DNA of 62,447 bases, the filler included, from Nemertoderma westbladi (Eukaryota > Animalia > Xenacoelomorpha), in NCBI GenBank assembly GCA_032718475.1. It is 3 parts of 3 records of this genome, joined end to end, with 100 filler letters (N's around TTAATTAATTAA, not from the genome) between each part and the next. Parts side by side here need not be neighbours in the genome. Positions count along the whole stretch, not along the records: positions 21,782 to 50,479 come from JAUCBJ010002060.1; 2 more parts are not named here. One strand, 5' to 3'. Positions 26,355 to 39,898 of the stretch are shown in pieces. How positions within the stretch are numbered: the stretch's first letter is position 1; each line of letters starts with the position of its first letter. A model generated the notes under the pieces. It saw nothing but the letters and a program-made list of their open reading frames with translations. It was not told the origin of the DNA and searched no databases. Made by a program: the position numbers and the translations under genes.

Positions 26355-28049
26355 CTGAGGATCCATCCCTGGCGCCCTCGTTATCCAGACCTTCTCCTCC
26401 TTATGGAATCTCCAATCTCTGTTGTACAACTCAGCCGCCGCCGCCAGCTGCAACACATCGCCGCCGTTCGTGTAGAACAGATAGAAGAGGAGATCCTCCC
26501 CGTAGCGCATCAATTTAATCCCGGCGAGTTTCTCGCGGATGTGAACGTTGGTTAGATACTCGGACGGAACGTGGAAGTCGATGTCCTGTGGACGACAGGG
26601 CGTCTCGGCGAAGGGGCTCTGGAAGGTGCTGAACAGGTTCTCGGGGGAGTTGAGGTTGAGCCCCAGGGAGGTGAGATCGCTGCCGAGCGCGAGTTGCACC
26701 AACGAGGCGTCGTTCTCCGCCGCGCGGATGAAGGTGAGTAATCCGACGATGCCGAACTGGTCGGTCACCATCCCCCGCGGGATGCTGGTCACCCGCCCGT
26801 CCGGGTACGTCTTTATGCCGCGGTTCTGTTCAGGAGGGCAGGACGGCACGGCGGGGGCCACCGGCACCGCCGACTGCGACGGACTGGAGTTCTCGGAAGC
26901 GAGAAGAGTTGACGAAGACGAACCGTTGGGTTTATCGCTTCGCTCTTCCTCCTTGGCGGCTGCGGAACCCGGCAACGCCGGAAAGTCCTCCTGCTGTATC
27001 TGGAACTCGACGGTCGGCTCCTGCGGTTTACTCAGGAACAGACTGGTGTTGTAGGGCTGTCGCCCGCCCGGCAGCCCCCCGTGGGACCCCGTACTGCCCC
27101 CGCTGTCCCGCCGCGCCCGGTTGTTCAAAGCGGGGAACTCGCTGAGATCCAACGACAGACTGGGGGAGTCCAACCCCGGCCCCCCGAAGACGCCCCCGGC
27201 GCCCCCCGATACGGACTGGAAGGGGCGACCCTGTCCGATACCGAAACCCGAGAATGTGTTACCGCTGCCGGTGAAACCCGTCGACTTGGACGGCATCCCC
27301 ACCGTGGAAAGACCCTGGGAGAGCCCCCCCGGACCCACGGAGCTGCCCCCCAACCCCCCTCGAGGCTGCAGACTCCCGATGAGTCCCCGGTTCGGGGATA
27401 TCTGACCTCCGGGTTGGCTGGACGGGAAACCGAGATTCGAGAAATCGCTGTGATGGTTGGAAAGTCCCAACGAGCTGAGACTCAAGGCGTTGTTATTGCT
27501 TGTCGGGTTGCCGGGGAAACCCGGGACGCTGTTCCCGCTGAGTCGGTTGCCAAACAACGGCTGTTGGGCGGCGTTGGATTGGGGTCCCACGCCCCTGGGC
27601 GCCGCACCCACACCCCCCACCCCCAGGCCGCTCAACCCAATAGAACCGAAGGAAGATGGAACATTCCCTACCGAGTTTTGTACGCCACCCAACAATGGCA
27701 ATGAAGAGGCCCCGAAACCTGTGAATTGTGAGAGTTGTTCGCCAGTGGAACGGCCCCCGCCGCCCAGTGGCTGACTGCCACCGAGGCCGAAGTCGGCGGA
27801 CTTCTGGGAGTCCAGACGGCTTGGGGGTTGGAACATCGATTGCGAAAAGAATAAACTCGGATCGTTGCCCGGGTCGTCCTCGTAGAAGTTGGAGATTTTT
27901 TTCTTGGCGCCCATTTGGCCGAGGGCCGCCGGAAGTACGCTGCCCCCTATCCCGCCGCCGCCCCCCATAACACCCAGGCCAGTCCTACCAGACGAAGGCG
28001 GCTGCTGCTTGAATGAATCCAGGTTAAACGCACCGAATCCACCCGACAT
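26355..28049 (-). CDS. CNOT2: CCR4-NOT subunit 2, first coding exon (565 aa; full protein about 623 aa)
   Basis: ATG at 28049; LDLSEFPAL, FQIQQEDFPALPG, DQFGIVGLLTFIRAAE, LGSDLTSLGLNLNSPENL, EDLLFYLFY, LYNRDWRFHKEE; donor CAG|GTTAGC at 26355/26354; phase-0 intron 24810-26354. Confidence 0.95.
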
Positions 28050-28234
28050 AGTCAATTCGAAAAAGAGCAACAAAGAAGCGGTGTAGGCCTACCAATGGCC
28101 GATATATATATATATAAATAATTTAACAATAAAATAAATGTCAGACCAACTGACCAATAAACCATTAACCTATATAATTATATATATTATTTAAAAATAA
28201 CAGAATATGATTACCGGTGAAAAGGGGGAGTAAT

Positions 28235-28310
28235 CGCTACGCCTATACCTACGCCTACATATACGACTACACCTACACCTACGCCTACACTTACGCATAC
28301 ACCTACGCTT
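28235..28310. repeat. (TACRCC)n degenerate hexamer tract; inverted counterpart (GTAGGY)n at 29305-29383, 33087-33106 and 33655-33785
   Basis: Direct reading. Confidence 0.75.
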
Positions 28311-29851
28311 AGGAATCTGTATAACCTTTGGATAAGTCGAGGAGGCGATACCTCTGACTATCTGATCTAACAGTTGAAACTTTGCGCCTGAAAGAATCTA
28401 AAAGGTCAACACGTAGACTAAAGAATTTCCTGTCGAACAACTTGGCTGCTAATTCTGTCAATGAATTGTCTCAAAATCTACGATCTAATCCAAAAAGATT
28501 TTGGAGGAATTTAAATGGACATAAAGAGCAAGAGGTGTCTGAGGAAATGCAGGATACCCTTCGATCACATTATGCAACCAAATTCAGTGGAAATGGAAGT
28601 AAACTTTACTGCAAAGGTTAACTTTGACCTAAACGAGGAGCTTATCAATTCATGTGCTAAGGCACCACTACCGTGCATCTCCTCTCTCACTTTGAAGCAG
28701 TCAGTTGCTTGTGCTTCACTTATTAGGGGAAAATCTGGAGATTTGTCATCACTCACAATGGAACATTGGCGGTCACTTTTTGGGGACGCTACTCTATCTG
28801 CTATCTGCACTTTTAAAGTTTGCCGCTGGGCGCAAAATGTCTGATAAAACCTTATCTCATTTCATTTACCTATTTGATGTTCATTCAAGCTGAAACTGGG
28901 CTGGTGTACCAACCATAGGCTGTCTTTGTGGGGACGCTAATCCATGCAGCCATGTGCAGTTATACAGTCAAACGCTAGCTGGCTAGTGGGCGAAATTGGA
29001 AACGATGGTTGCAAAAATGTTTGAAATGAAAACTTTTGTATTTCATACTTTCGTACTTTCATTTCGTATTTTCTTTATAATCCTTAAAATAAATATTTAA
29101 AAATAAGATTATTTGTATTTAATGTTATTATTACATTTTTTCATTTACTGGTAGGAACTTTTTTTTGTAATTCATCTGTATCTTGAGTCAGGTTTGTTGG
29201 GAGAACCGAGATTTCGTGAATTTTCCTAAAAGTTCTAAGACCTAAGTTTTAAGTCCTACGACTTCTATCTGTCTATGCACAATGACGTCAAGCCCAATTC
29301 GGAACAAGTAGGAGTAGGTATAGGCATACGCGTAGGTGTAGGCATACGCGTAGGTGTAGGCTTAGCTGTAGGCGTTGGTGTAGGGGTAATTCCATCCAAA
29401 TTCGACAAATCGCGGTGGCATGGGGTCATCGATTTCGCTTATTTTTGGATATATATGGTCGGAAATGGTATAAAATGACACGTGATGAAATATTTATGAT
29501 GATGGTGTATTGGTTTTCGAGATATTATAGTTCAAAGTTTGCGATTTATTCGAACATATCCCCAATGAAACCTACAGACTGACAGAAAATCTTTCTGACT
29601 AGTGGGTAAAGTGTCATTTTATGTTTATTGTACACATAAATAGGTCTCATACACATTAAAACCATGAATAAATACCACCCACTTGTCAGACCAACTTTTC
29701 TATGTAGCCAAAGATTTGACTTTTCGACAAATTTTGTCTTTTTGAGGGTAGCAAGGGACAACACAAGGGACAACAGCAACCTTGCGTTGAACTGCCTTTA
29801 CTTTCTTCGTTGTAGAAGATGATAAAGTACGGTATTCCAGCTTCCCATCAG

Positions 29852-31023
29852 CAGTAATATCATATCTATGGTATGACCGTGTCCCTGCCACACGTGACAC
29901 CACTTGAAACCGGAGGCAGGGTCGCGGACGCGGTCCGCGTAGATGATATGAGGGTTTGACTAAATACGCCACCGACAACCACCGACACCTTTCGCATACC
30001 ACCGACTACCACCGACAACAAAAGACACAAACCGACACAAACCGACAGGTAAAATCACAAACCGACAGTATACTGACAACTTCGGCAATGTTAGTAAACT
30101 ATTTCAGTACATGATTATACAATTTTTATTTCCAGTCCAAATATTTATAACAAATTATACCCAGTAAAAAATCCCCATGCGTAACGCATTAGTGCCACAT
30201 CAGCACATGCAACATTCGTAAAAGGCTGAAAGGTGCGTGGAATGTTATTTAAGATTCGTGAAGCCTTCGTCAGTGGTTCGTCAGTCCGAATAATTTAGGT
30301 AACGAATGCGTATAGTATTCGTATCGCATGTGAGATTTCACTTGTCAATATATTCGTGGCTCCATTCGTGGCACATGTGATACGAATGCTTCCACTCCAC
30401 GCAAAAAATAATTCGTGGTTCATTTGTTTGTGGCACATCATGCATAGCCGCGCCACGCTTAAAATTATTCGTGGTCCATTCGTGACGTGACGCATGCGAT
30501 ACGCGTGCAAAGCATTCTCAATTAGAGTACATACTGTAATTTGGCCAAGCACAATTCGGCAAATAATCGAACATGGTGTTATTTAGTTAGTATCGTTCAA
30601 AGGCGCTTTGAAAGCTTATGTAAACCTAACCTGTTCCCTTTACCAACATGCTATATATAATATCTAGAGGTAATGTACTGTAGGCTAGGTGAGATAAATA
30701 AAATGACAACATAAAACTACTGCAGTAACTTAGGGAACTACAGTATGTATGTAGGCACCGACCCCCCACCCGTAGTTATACATATTTGTAGTATTAGTAG
30801 TCATATTTGGACTGGAAATAAAAATTGTATAATCATGTACCGAACTGCTGAAATAGTTTACTAACATTGCCGAAGTTGTCGGTTTGTGATTTTACCTGTC
30901 GGTTTGTGTCGGTTTTGTGTCTTTTGTTGTCGGTGGTTGTCGGTGGTATGCGAAACGTGTCGGTGGTTGTCGGTGGCGTATTTAGTCAAACCCTGATATG
31001 ATACCATAGATATGATATGACTG
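29852..31023. mobile_element. Small MITE (~120 bp before interruption), TIR CAGTMATATCATATCTATGGTAT, split by the MULE-like insertion
   Basis: 29852-29874 is the reverse complement of 31001-31023 with one mismatch. Confidence 0.65.
29952..30993. mobile_element. Mutator/Foldback-like non-autonomous element
   Basis: About 190-bp TIRs starting GGGTTTGACTAAATAC with internal ACCGACA repeats; perfect 8-bp TSD TGATATGA (29944-29951, 30994-31001). Confidence 0.85.
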
Positions 31024-32048
31024 GGTGACAGACCGAACGTAATCAGGATCGAATGTAACATAGTTTTTACGAATCGAATGTAACCTCAATTATGTTACAT
31101 TGGATCCTATAACTATGTTACATTTGATATACAAATTACTAAGCTCGAATGTAACATACATTTATTTCAGTTGTGTTTTGATTTCAGGAGTTAACCGATG
31201 AAATGCTTCGTATAATTACAGCAAGAAACAGTTTGGTGTTGGTGATGGTTGAGTACAAAACAAAGACCCAAGACCCAATTAAGTATCCTGCATAATCTTG
31301 TAAAATGTGTTAACTTTCGTTTATTGTTTTGGTTCCCCCAACATGCCTCTGTAACCTGGTCCTTTCAGCCTTTAAATAAAAGTAACCTGCAAGATCTTGT
31401 AACATGTGTTAACTTTCGTTTATTGTTTTGGTTCCCCCTACACGCCTCTGTAACCTGCTCCTTTAAATCTGTAAATGGCAATGTTAGATTCGAGCTTAGT
31501 AATACTTAATGTGCGCTGGTTATGAGAGCAACCTCGTAAGCAGACCTTGGTTCTTAAGTACCTATTTAATCTGACGATTAATTTTGAAAACTGAACTTTT
31601 AAATTGAATAATATATATTGAAGAAGGCATGGGTGGGATCCGAAACTTGTCATGCATGTTTCCCTTATCCATGTTAGCCTACCAGCCTACTACTCATGAT
31701 TCATTTCAAGCACCCATCTTTTATCAGATGCTTGCAGCGATGTTCTGAAGTATAGCAATTTTGGAAAGTTACAATTTTCCGGATGATGGTAGGCCTATGG
31801 AAGTCTGACTTGCTGGTGGTAGGCCTACATGAAAATTGTACCACAGAACCCCCCTTTGGTATATCTAACTATTTACTAAATGCTAAATATTTTGGGCTAC
31901 CCACAAATCAGACCACTCTAACTCAAGCCTCAAAAAGACAAAATTTGTCGAAAAGTCCAAATCTTTGGCCACATACAGACATAGAAAAGTTGGTCTGACA
32001 AGTGGGTGGTATTTATTCATGGTTTTAATGTGTATGAGACCTATTTAT

Positions 32049-32813
32049 TAGGGCTCGATCGGAGTTGGGATTTGGCCGGAGCCGGAGCCGGAGTTAGACA
32101 ATTTGGCCGGAGCCGGAGCAGGAGCCGGAGTTTTTCAAAAATTTTAAAAATGTAATTATTTATTTAAAAAAAATAAATTATGGTTATCGTTCGCCAATCG
32201 CTCATAATCAATCATACTGTAGGTCTAATTAATTTCATAATTTATAGATTTACGAATTTTCAATTTAAAATTTAAGTACCGGTAATTAATTTATCAAGGA
32301 CAGACAGACAGACGGCCTAACGCTGACGGCTAAAAATTACCTACAGTACCTAACTGCCTAACTCACTAGCTGACTGGCCTAACTGTGGTAGAGGTGTGTA
32401 CTGTAGGTAGCCTACCGTACGTCCGTACGTGTACCAGTACTGCAGTGCAGTATGCTGGCATGACAGCAGTAAATGGCTGCAGTGGTAGGCCTACAGTGCA
32501 GCAGTGTACAACCATAGAATTTACAATTTTTTACAGTAGGGCCTATCTGTCAGTCTGTAATAGTCTGCTAGTCAGCCAGCTGGCCAGTACCAGTACTGCA
32601 GTACAGTCTGACAGTCAGTCAGTATACTGCAGTATTATGCTTGATATTGAAGCTGTACTACAGTACTTATAGTGTAAATAATTGTTCAGATTAGAATATG
32701 CACGAAATATAATATTTTATTAAAAAATTAACTCCGGCAATATTTTTACCGGAGCCGGAGCAGGAGGTGCCAAAATGGCCGGAGCCGGAGGCCGGAGCTC
32801 CAATCGAGCCCTA
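32049..32813. mobile_element. hAT-type MITE inserted in the right TIR of the Sola2-like element
   Basis: TIR TAGGGCTCGAT..GGAG; subterminal (GCCGGA)n; perfect 8-bp TSD CTATTTAT; empty site visible in the left TIR at ~29636-29643. Confidence 0.92.
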
Positions 32814-33106
32814 CTATTTATGTGTACAATAAACATAAAATGACTCTACTCACTAGTCAGAAAAATTTTCTGTAGGTTTCATTGGGGATATATTCAAATA
32901 AATCGCAAACTTTGAACTGCAATATCTCGAAAACCAATACACCATCATCAGAAATATTTCATCATTTGTCATTTTATACCATTTCCGACCATATGCCATA
33001 TCAGCATATACTGATATATATCCAAAAATAAACGAAATTGATGATCCCATGACACCACGATTTGTCGAATTTGGATGGAATTACCCGTAGGCTGTAGGCA
33101 GGTAGG

Positions 33107-33654
33107 CAGTCGGGGAGTTCTATTTTCAACTGAGTTGAAATTTCAACTTTATTTTTTAAAATTCAACTTTTTATTAAAATTCAACTTTTGGAGTACGGTA
33201 ATTCAACTTTTTTTTAAATTCAACTTTTGGAGTACCGGTAGCTTTGGAGATACCGGTACTGAAATATGGAATTGGAATCCATTACTGGCAGACTGGTACG
33301 GTATTCCATTGTATAATAATTATGACAAACAGCGATAATTAAATATATCTTATAAATTCCCGTAGTATTTCAGCTAATTTACAAATGTAGGCCCTAATCA
33401 CTTAAAAATGTTTTAAAAAAAAGTATTCCCAACGGTGAAAGTTTTTATTCCATCGATAATGAGGGTTAATTTTTCGAGTTACCGGTACATCAATAAAAAC
33501 AATAAAAACACCCCTTCTGTGACGTCTTGCATCTTGGGACCCTTCTGCGCCTCCTTCAATTTTAGAGTTGAATTTGCAACTTAAAAGTTGAATTAAAAAA
33601 AAAAGTTTTAAATTTCAACTCAGTTGAAATTTGAACTCCTCCCCGACCCGACTG
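33107..33654. mobile_element. MITE with CAGTCGGG...TTTCAACTGAGTTGAAATTT TIRs
   Basis: About 50-bp inverted ends; flanked by GTAGG on both sides, though within a GTAGG-rich tract. Confidence 0.75.
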
Positions 33655-34757
33655 GTAGGCATAGGCTGATAGGCAATAGGTGTAGGTGGTAGGCGTAGGG
33701 TAGGTGTACGTGTAGGCATAGGTATAGGCGTGGGTGTAGGCGTTGGCAGGTTGGTGTAGGCATAGGTCAGTAGGTGTAGGCGTGTACCTGACAGCCTGGA
33801 CTCCAACTCCCACTCCATGAGCCTGGCTGTCAGCCCAGCAGCCTGTACAGTAACATCAGTCAGGCAGTACAGGCTGACAGGTACGCGTACGGCAGTACGG
33901 CAAGGGCAGACAGGCAGAAGGGACAGAAGGATGACGCGTGAAGGCAGGAAGCAGGGAAGGTGTGGCCTCAGGCCTCTGGGCCTGCTGGCCTGCGGTGTAC
34001 ACTGTACAGCTGTACAGAGTACAGGTCAACACTCTGACACTGCAACAGGTCAGCAGGTGCAGCGTGCAGGTGTAGCAGTGCCTGACTGACTGACAGTGTA
34101 GTACTGTAGTACAGTACAGCTACAGCAGTCTGGCAGTGTACAGGTGTAGTATTTCAAATTCAGTCAGTCAGTTCAGACATTACAATACCGGTAAAACATT
34201 ACAGCATTAGGCAGTTAGGTATACCGGTACTACTAAAATCATCTCCAGGTTTTTTCTTCTCATTAGGATTGTATTAGGCCTACCTATCGCATATCGGTGA
34301 GGCACAGCAGAGCTTCTGTACGTAGTACATAGTACTGCTGTACTGTAACTGTCCCAGTCAGACTGAGACCTATCAGCCTATCTGACTGTCTGACGGTAAG
34401 CTGTAAGGTAGCCTCAGAGACTACCGCGGTACCGGTAGCAACCAAGTGTTTACATAGTTTCAGTACTTTCAGTTTATCTGTGCCTGTGCCTGACTTGCTG
34501 AGGCTTCTTTCTCCACACTTCTTTAGTTTGCTGGTAGACAGGCTGACAGGTATAGGTCAAAATGTCTGAAAGTGAAAACCTACGGTGGCTTATTTTGGGC
34601 CTATTAGATTATGATTTTTTCTGGGTATATTGTTACCAATTGAGGGAAAGGAGCAGGTTACAGAGGCAGGCTTTTCTAACCAAAACAATAAACGATATTG
34701 TTACCAATTGAGGGAAAGGTACAGGTTACAGAGGCATGCTTTTCTAACCAAACAATA

Positions 34758-34912
34758 AATTTATCCCGGGTGATATTAATTATCACCCGGCGCGATATAA
34801 ATTATCACCCGGCGCGATATTAATTATCACCCGGGGAAATTTATCCCGGGTGATATTATAATTATCACCGGGGTGATATTATTTATCACCCGGGTGATAT
34901 TATTTATCACCC
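34758..34912. repeat. Palindromic short tandem array (CCGGGTGATATT / TTATCACCCGG)
   Basis: Repeated ~22-bp self-complementary units. Confidence 0.7.
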
Positions 34913-36610
34913 AGTCAGCCAAATCAGTCACCGTAAAAACTTTCTCTCATTTTTATTTGTTAGTTTCAATTACAATCTTATAATGTGTAGGGCCTACTGT
35001 ATAAATGCAATACTGGAAGACATTTTAGTTAAATTTGTGCGTTTCAAACTCACTATGGGCCGACCCCGTCACGTCATCGTGTAAATCCATTTTAATAATA
35101 ATAATAATATCCGTTTCAGGCTGAAACTTGGCAGATATTCATGCTACTACAGTACACCGTAGACCCTTCATAGGCTTCGTCATTGTTGGGATGGCAATCC
35201 CTCGGCAGTTCTCCAGTCTATCGTTAGTGGGATGAAAACATTTTAGAAATTTCTGAAATGAAAACCTTCAGCCATTTCTTATTATTGTTTATTAATAATA
35301 ATAAATGACTTGTTGTGGGGTGAGTGTCGGTGAATTAAATATATAATGTAATAAATAAGATAACCGGAAGTTTGAAACCTACTGTACAGTAGGTACCGGG
35401 TTCGAGCCCCAAAAGGGTCGGCTGATATTTTTCGCTATGGAGAGCATTATCATATTGTCCTATTTATTATATTATTGTTTATAATCCTTTCTTCCAGGTT
35501 GATAATATTCTAAACCCCAGTCATCGTTGTTATGAGTTTGACATGCTAATAACTTTGTTGGATTTAATGCTGTTGAATTGAAAATTTATAGGCTCGAATA
35601 GGACAAAAATTTTAGACACCATAAGTTAAATCATGGTCTCACGCTCGAGGTCTATATGACTAAAGATTAAAAATCCTCCCATTTCTATCCCGGATTGAAA
35701 TTGAAATTAAGGTGTGTTTCCATATCCCCACAATTTCGTCATATATTGTTTTGGTTAGAATAACTAAAATAAATTAAATGATAATAAAATTTGTTAATTT
35801 CCTGTGTCGAGATATTAACTCGCATCCGCTTTCAATCTACAAGAAGGGCTTTTTAAATCGGTATCTCTTTCGACATTTTTATCTTAGAGGGTTCGTTGGT
35901 AACGGTGCGGTGGGGAGATGTCGTTGTTACAGGGAAACTAATTCTGTGTTGAGCAAAATTATATTTGGAATCCATCATCGAGATCTTTCGTTCTTCAGCA
36001 ACGAATCACTTTTAAGGTTGAAGAATAATTGATTTGTAATTGGTTCAAACGCCAATGTGAAGAATACCAGGTTTTCACTTTTCGGTCGAAATTTTATTGT
36101 AATTGTATATCTGAAGAATTTGGACTTTTTTCATTTCTCATTAGGCCTTTTAAGTATTATACTGTATAGCGCTTATTTCTATCTTTTAAACACTTTTTTC
36201 CGCCCATGTGTAGAATTCCAGGATTTCACTTTTCGGTCGACTTTTTATTGGAATTTTATTGGGATAGGAAGATTTTTTATTTTTTTTTTTAATTTATATT
36301 TATTAAGTTTTTATAGCGCTTGTTCGGTCTTATAACATGTACATATACTAATTCATTTATTGTTTTGGTTAAATTCAGCCCTTCTATAACCTGTGTTATT
36401 GGTGAAAACCTGGTATTCTTCACATGGGGGTAAGTGCAAAGTGAAATATAACGACAGAAAGTCTGGTATTTTTCATATGGGCCCATTTTTCAAACGCTTG
36501 TATGCTATATGTAGTGTGTTAGTTGAGGTCGGGGTGTCAATACGCGACGTTGAGGAATTAGCTAACGAAATAAGCGACATGTACAATAAGCCTAGGCAAT
36601 AGTAAACCAA

Positions 36611-36830
36611 CCTCACTTTGGAGGAGCGGTCAAATTCGTTGCCTTGAATTAACATCTCTTCGGAGGGCGTGGGTTAGATCCTCGCAAGGAGCCCACGTTA
36701 CTTTTCGTTCTTAGCGGATAATAGCGGAGGGATCAATTCTGCCTTGCATCCCTAAATGGTAACTAAATGCGTACCAGTTTCGCTCTCTGGGGAGTATAGC
36801 TCTGGGTGGACGGCACTTGAAATAAGTCGT
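36611..36830 (+). mobile_element. tRNA-Leu-derived SINE with Nin/Deu-like central domain
   Basis: GGAGGAGCGGTCAAA...TCTCTTCGGAGGGCGTGGGTTAGATCCTC resembles tRNA-Leu with long variable arm; downstream TCAATTCTGCCTTGCATCC...TAAATGCGTACCAG resembles the Nin/Deu core. Confidence 0.6.
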
Positions 36831-37376
36831 AGGTGAAACTACGACGTAGGTGAGACATAGGTGAAACTACATATCTACAGTATGTCTCAAATTTCATACA
36901 ATCTCATTAAGATTTGTAAAAAAAAAATTGTTATGCAGTCCCCCCACTTTTGGGAAAGTGGCTGCGCCCCTGGGCAGGAATCCATACTGCTCAAGTGGTA
37001 GCTTATCAAGAATAAAATGGCGTAATCGTTTTTGCTATTAAACCATATCAGTAAGAAACCTTATATACTGTGTTGAGCAGAGCGATTCCTCGGTAGTTGT
37101 TGGGACTTACAATACTCGTCTTCCACGAAGATACTAAGCTTAGTGAAAAGAAGCAAGCTTTTATAAGTCCTACCCAAAACAATCACAAAACAGTCACAGG
37201 GAGTGAACTCGTTTGATCAATAGTAGCTAAGCTACCATCAGACCATACCGATATTCCTGTACTGTATTCAGGCACCTAAATCTGCATCCTGGCATCTGCA
37301 GATCTGGGTATTCATTCAGCTGTTCAGTATTCTGTATTCTCTCTGAATATCGGTCAGTCGGTCTCTAGGTCTGTAG

Positions 37377-38831
<1,455 letters not shown>

Positions 38832-39014
38832 TTTTGATTATTTAATGAGTTTGAGAAAAATGTAATTTATATATCACTTTGTCTTTAATATAATGGGGCG
38901 AGATACGATATTCCATTTTACTTTCAAGTGTTGCCGATAATGATTTCTTTCCTCTACTGTTATTACTATCACATTATCAACTAACAGATATCAACTGTTA
39001 CAATAAATGCAAAA

Positions 39015-39891
39015 GGCTTTATTTGCCGCTCGTCCCGACTTTATTTCCCGTTCGTCTCGACTTTATTTACCGCTCGTCCCGACTTTAATTTGCCACTCGT
39101 GCCGACTCTATTTACCGCTTGCCCCGACTTTATTTACCTATCGTCCCGACTTTATTTACAGCTCGTCCCGACTTTATTTACCTCTCGTCCCGACTTTATT
39201 TACCGCTCGTCCCAAATTTATTTCCCGCTCGTCTCGACTTTATTTAAACCTCGTCCCGACTTTATTTACCGTTCGACCCAACTTTATTTACCACTCGTCC
39301 CGACATTATTTACCACTGGTCCCGACTTTATTTACCACTCGTCCCGACTTTATTTAACTATCGTCCCACTTTATTTATCTATCGTCACGACTTTATTTAC
39401 CGCTCGTCCAGACTTTACTTCCCGCTTGTCTCGACTTTATTTACCACTCGTCCCGACTTGATTTACCGCTCGTCCCGACTTTATTTACCGCTAGTCCCTA
39501 CTTTATTTACCGCTCGTCCCGACTTTATTTACCGCTCGTCCCGGCTATATTTACCGTTCGTCCCGACTTTGTTTTCCGCTTGTCTCGACTTTATTTACCA
39601 CTCGTCCCGACTTTATTTACCGCTCGTCTCGACTTTATTTACCGCTTGTCCCGGCTTTATTTACCGCTCGTCCCGACTTTGGTTCCCGCTTGTCTCGACT
39701 TTATTTACTACTCGTCCCGACTTTATTTACCGCTCGTCCCGACTTTATTTACCGCTCGTCCTGACTATATTTACTACTCGTCCCGACTTTATTTACCGCT
39801 CGTCCCGACTTTATTTACCGCTCGTCCCGACTTTATTTACCTATCATCCCGACTTTATTTACCGCACGTCCCAACTTTATTTACCGCTCGT
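39015..39891. repeat. 22-bp satellite (GACTTTATTTACCGCTCGTCCC), left part
   Basis: About 40 copies; interrupted by the Gypsy element. Confidence 0.95.
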
Positions 39892-39898
39892 AGACTAG

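Larger units (their letters stand above)
29384..33086. mobile_element. Long-TIR non-autonomous DNA transposon, Sola2-like
   Basis: Termini GGGTAATTCCATCCAAATTCGACAAAT / ATTTGTCGAATTTGGATGGAATTACCC; TIRs about 360 bp (29384-29746 vs 31929-32048 plus 32814-33086); 4-bp TSD GTAG. Confidence 0.8.

Noticed and set aside
26337-27970. Plus-strand ORFs overlapping CNOT2, and antisense ORFs over RIOK2 and the Gypsy element
   Set aside because: Shadow ORFs of GC-rich coding sequence with no recognisable motifs
28382-28893. Host gene upstream of CNOT2
   Set aside because: Short broken frames; NPKRFW hints at a decayed LINE ORF2 but support is too weak to call
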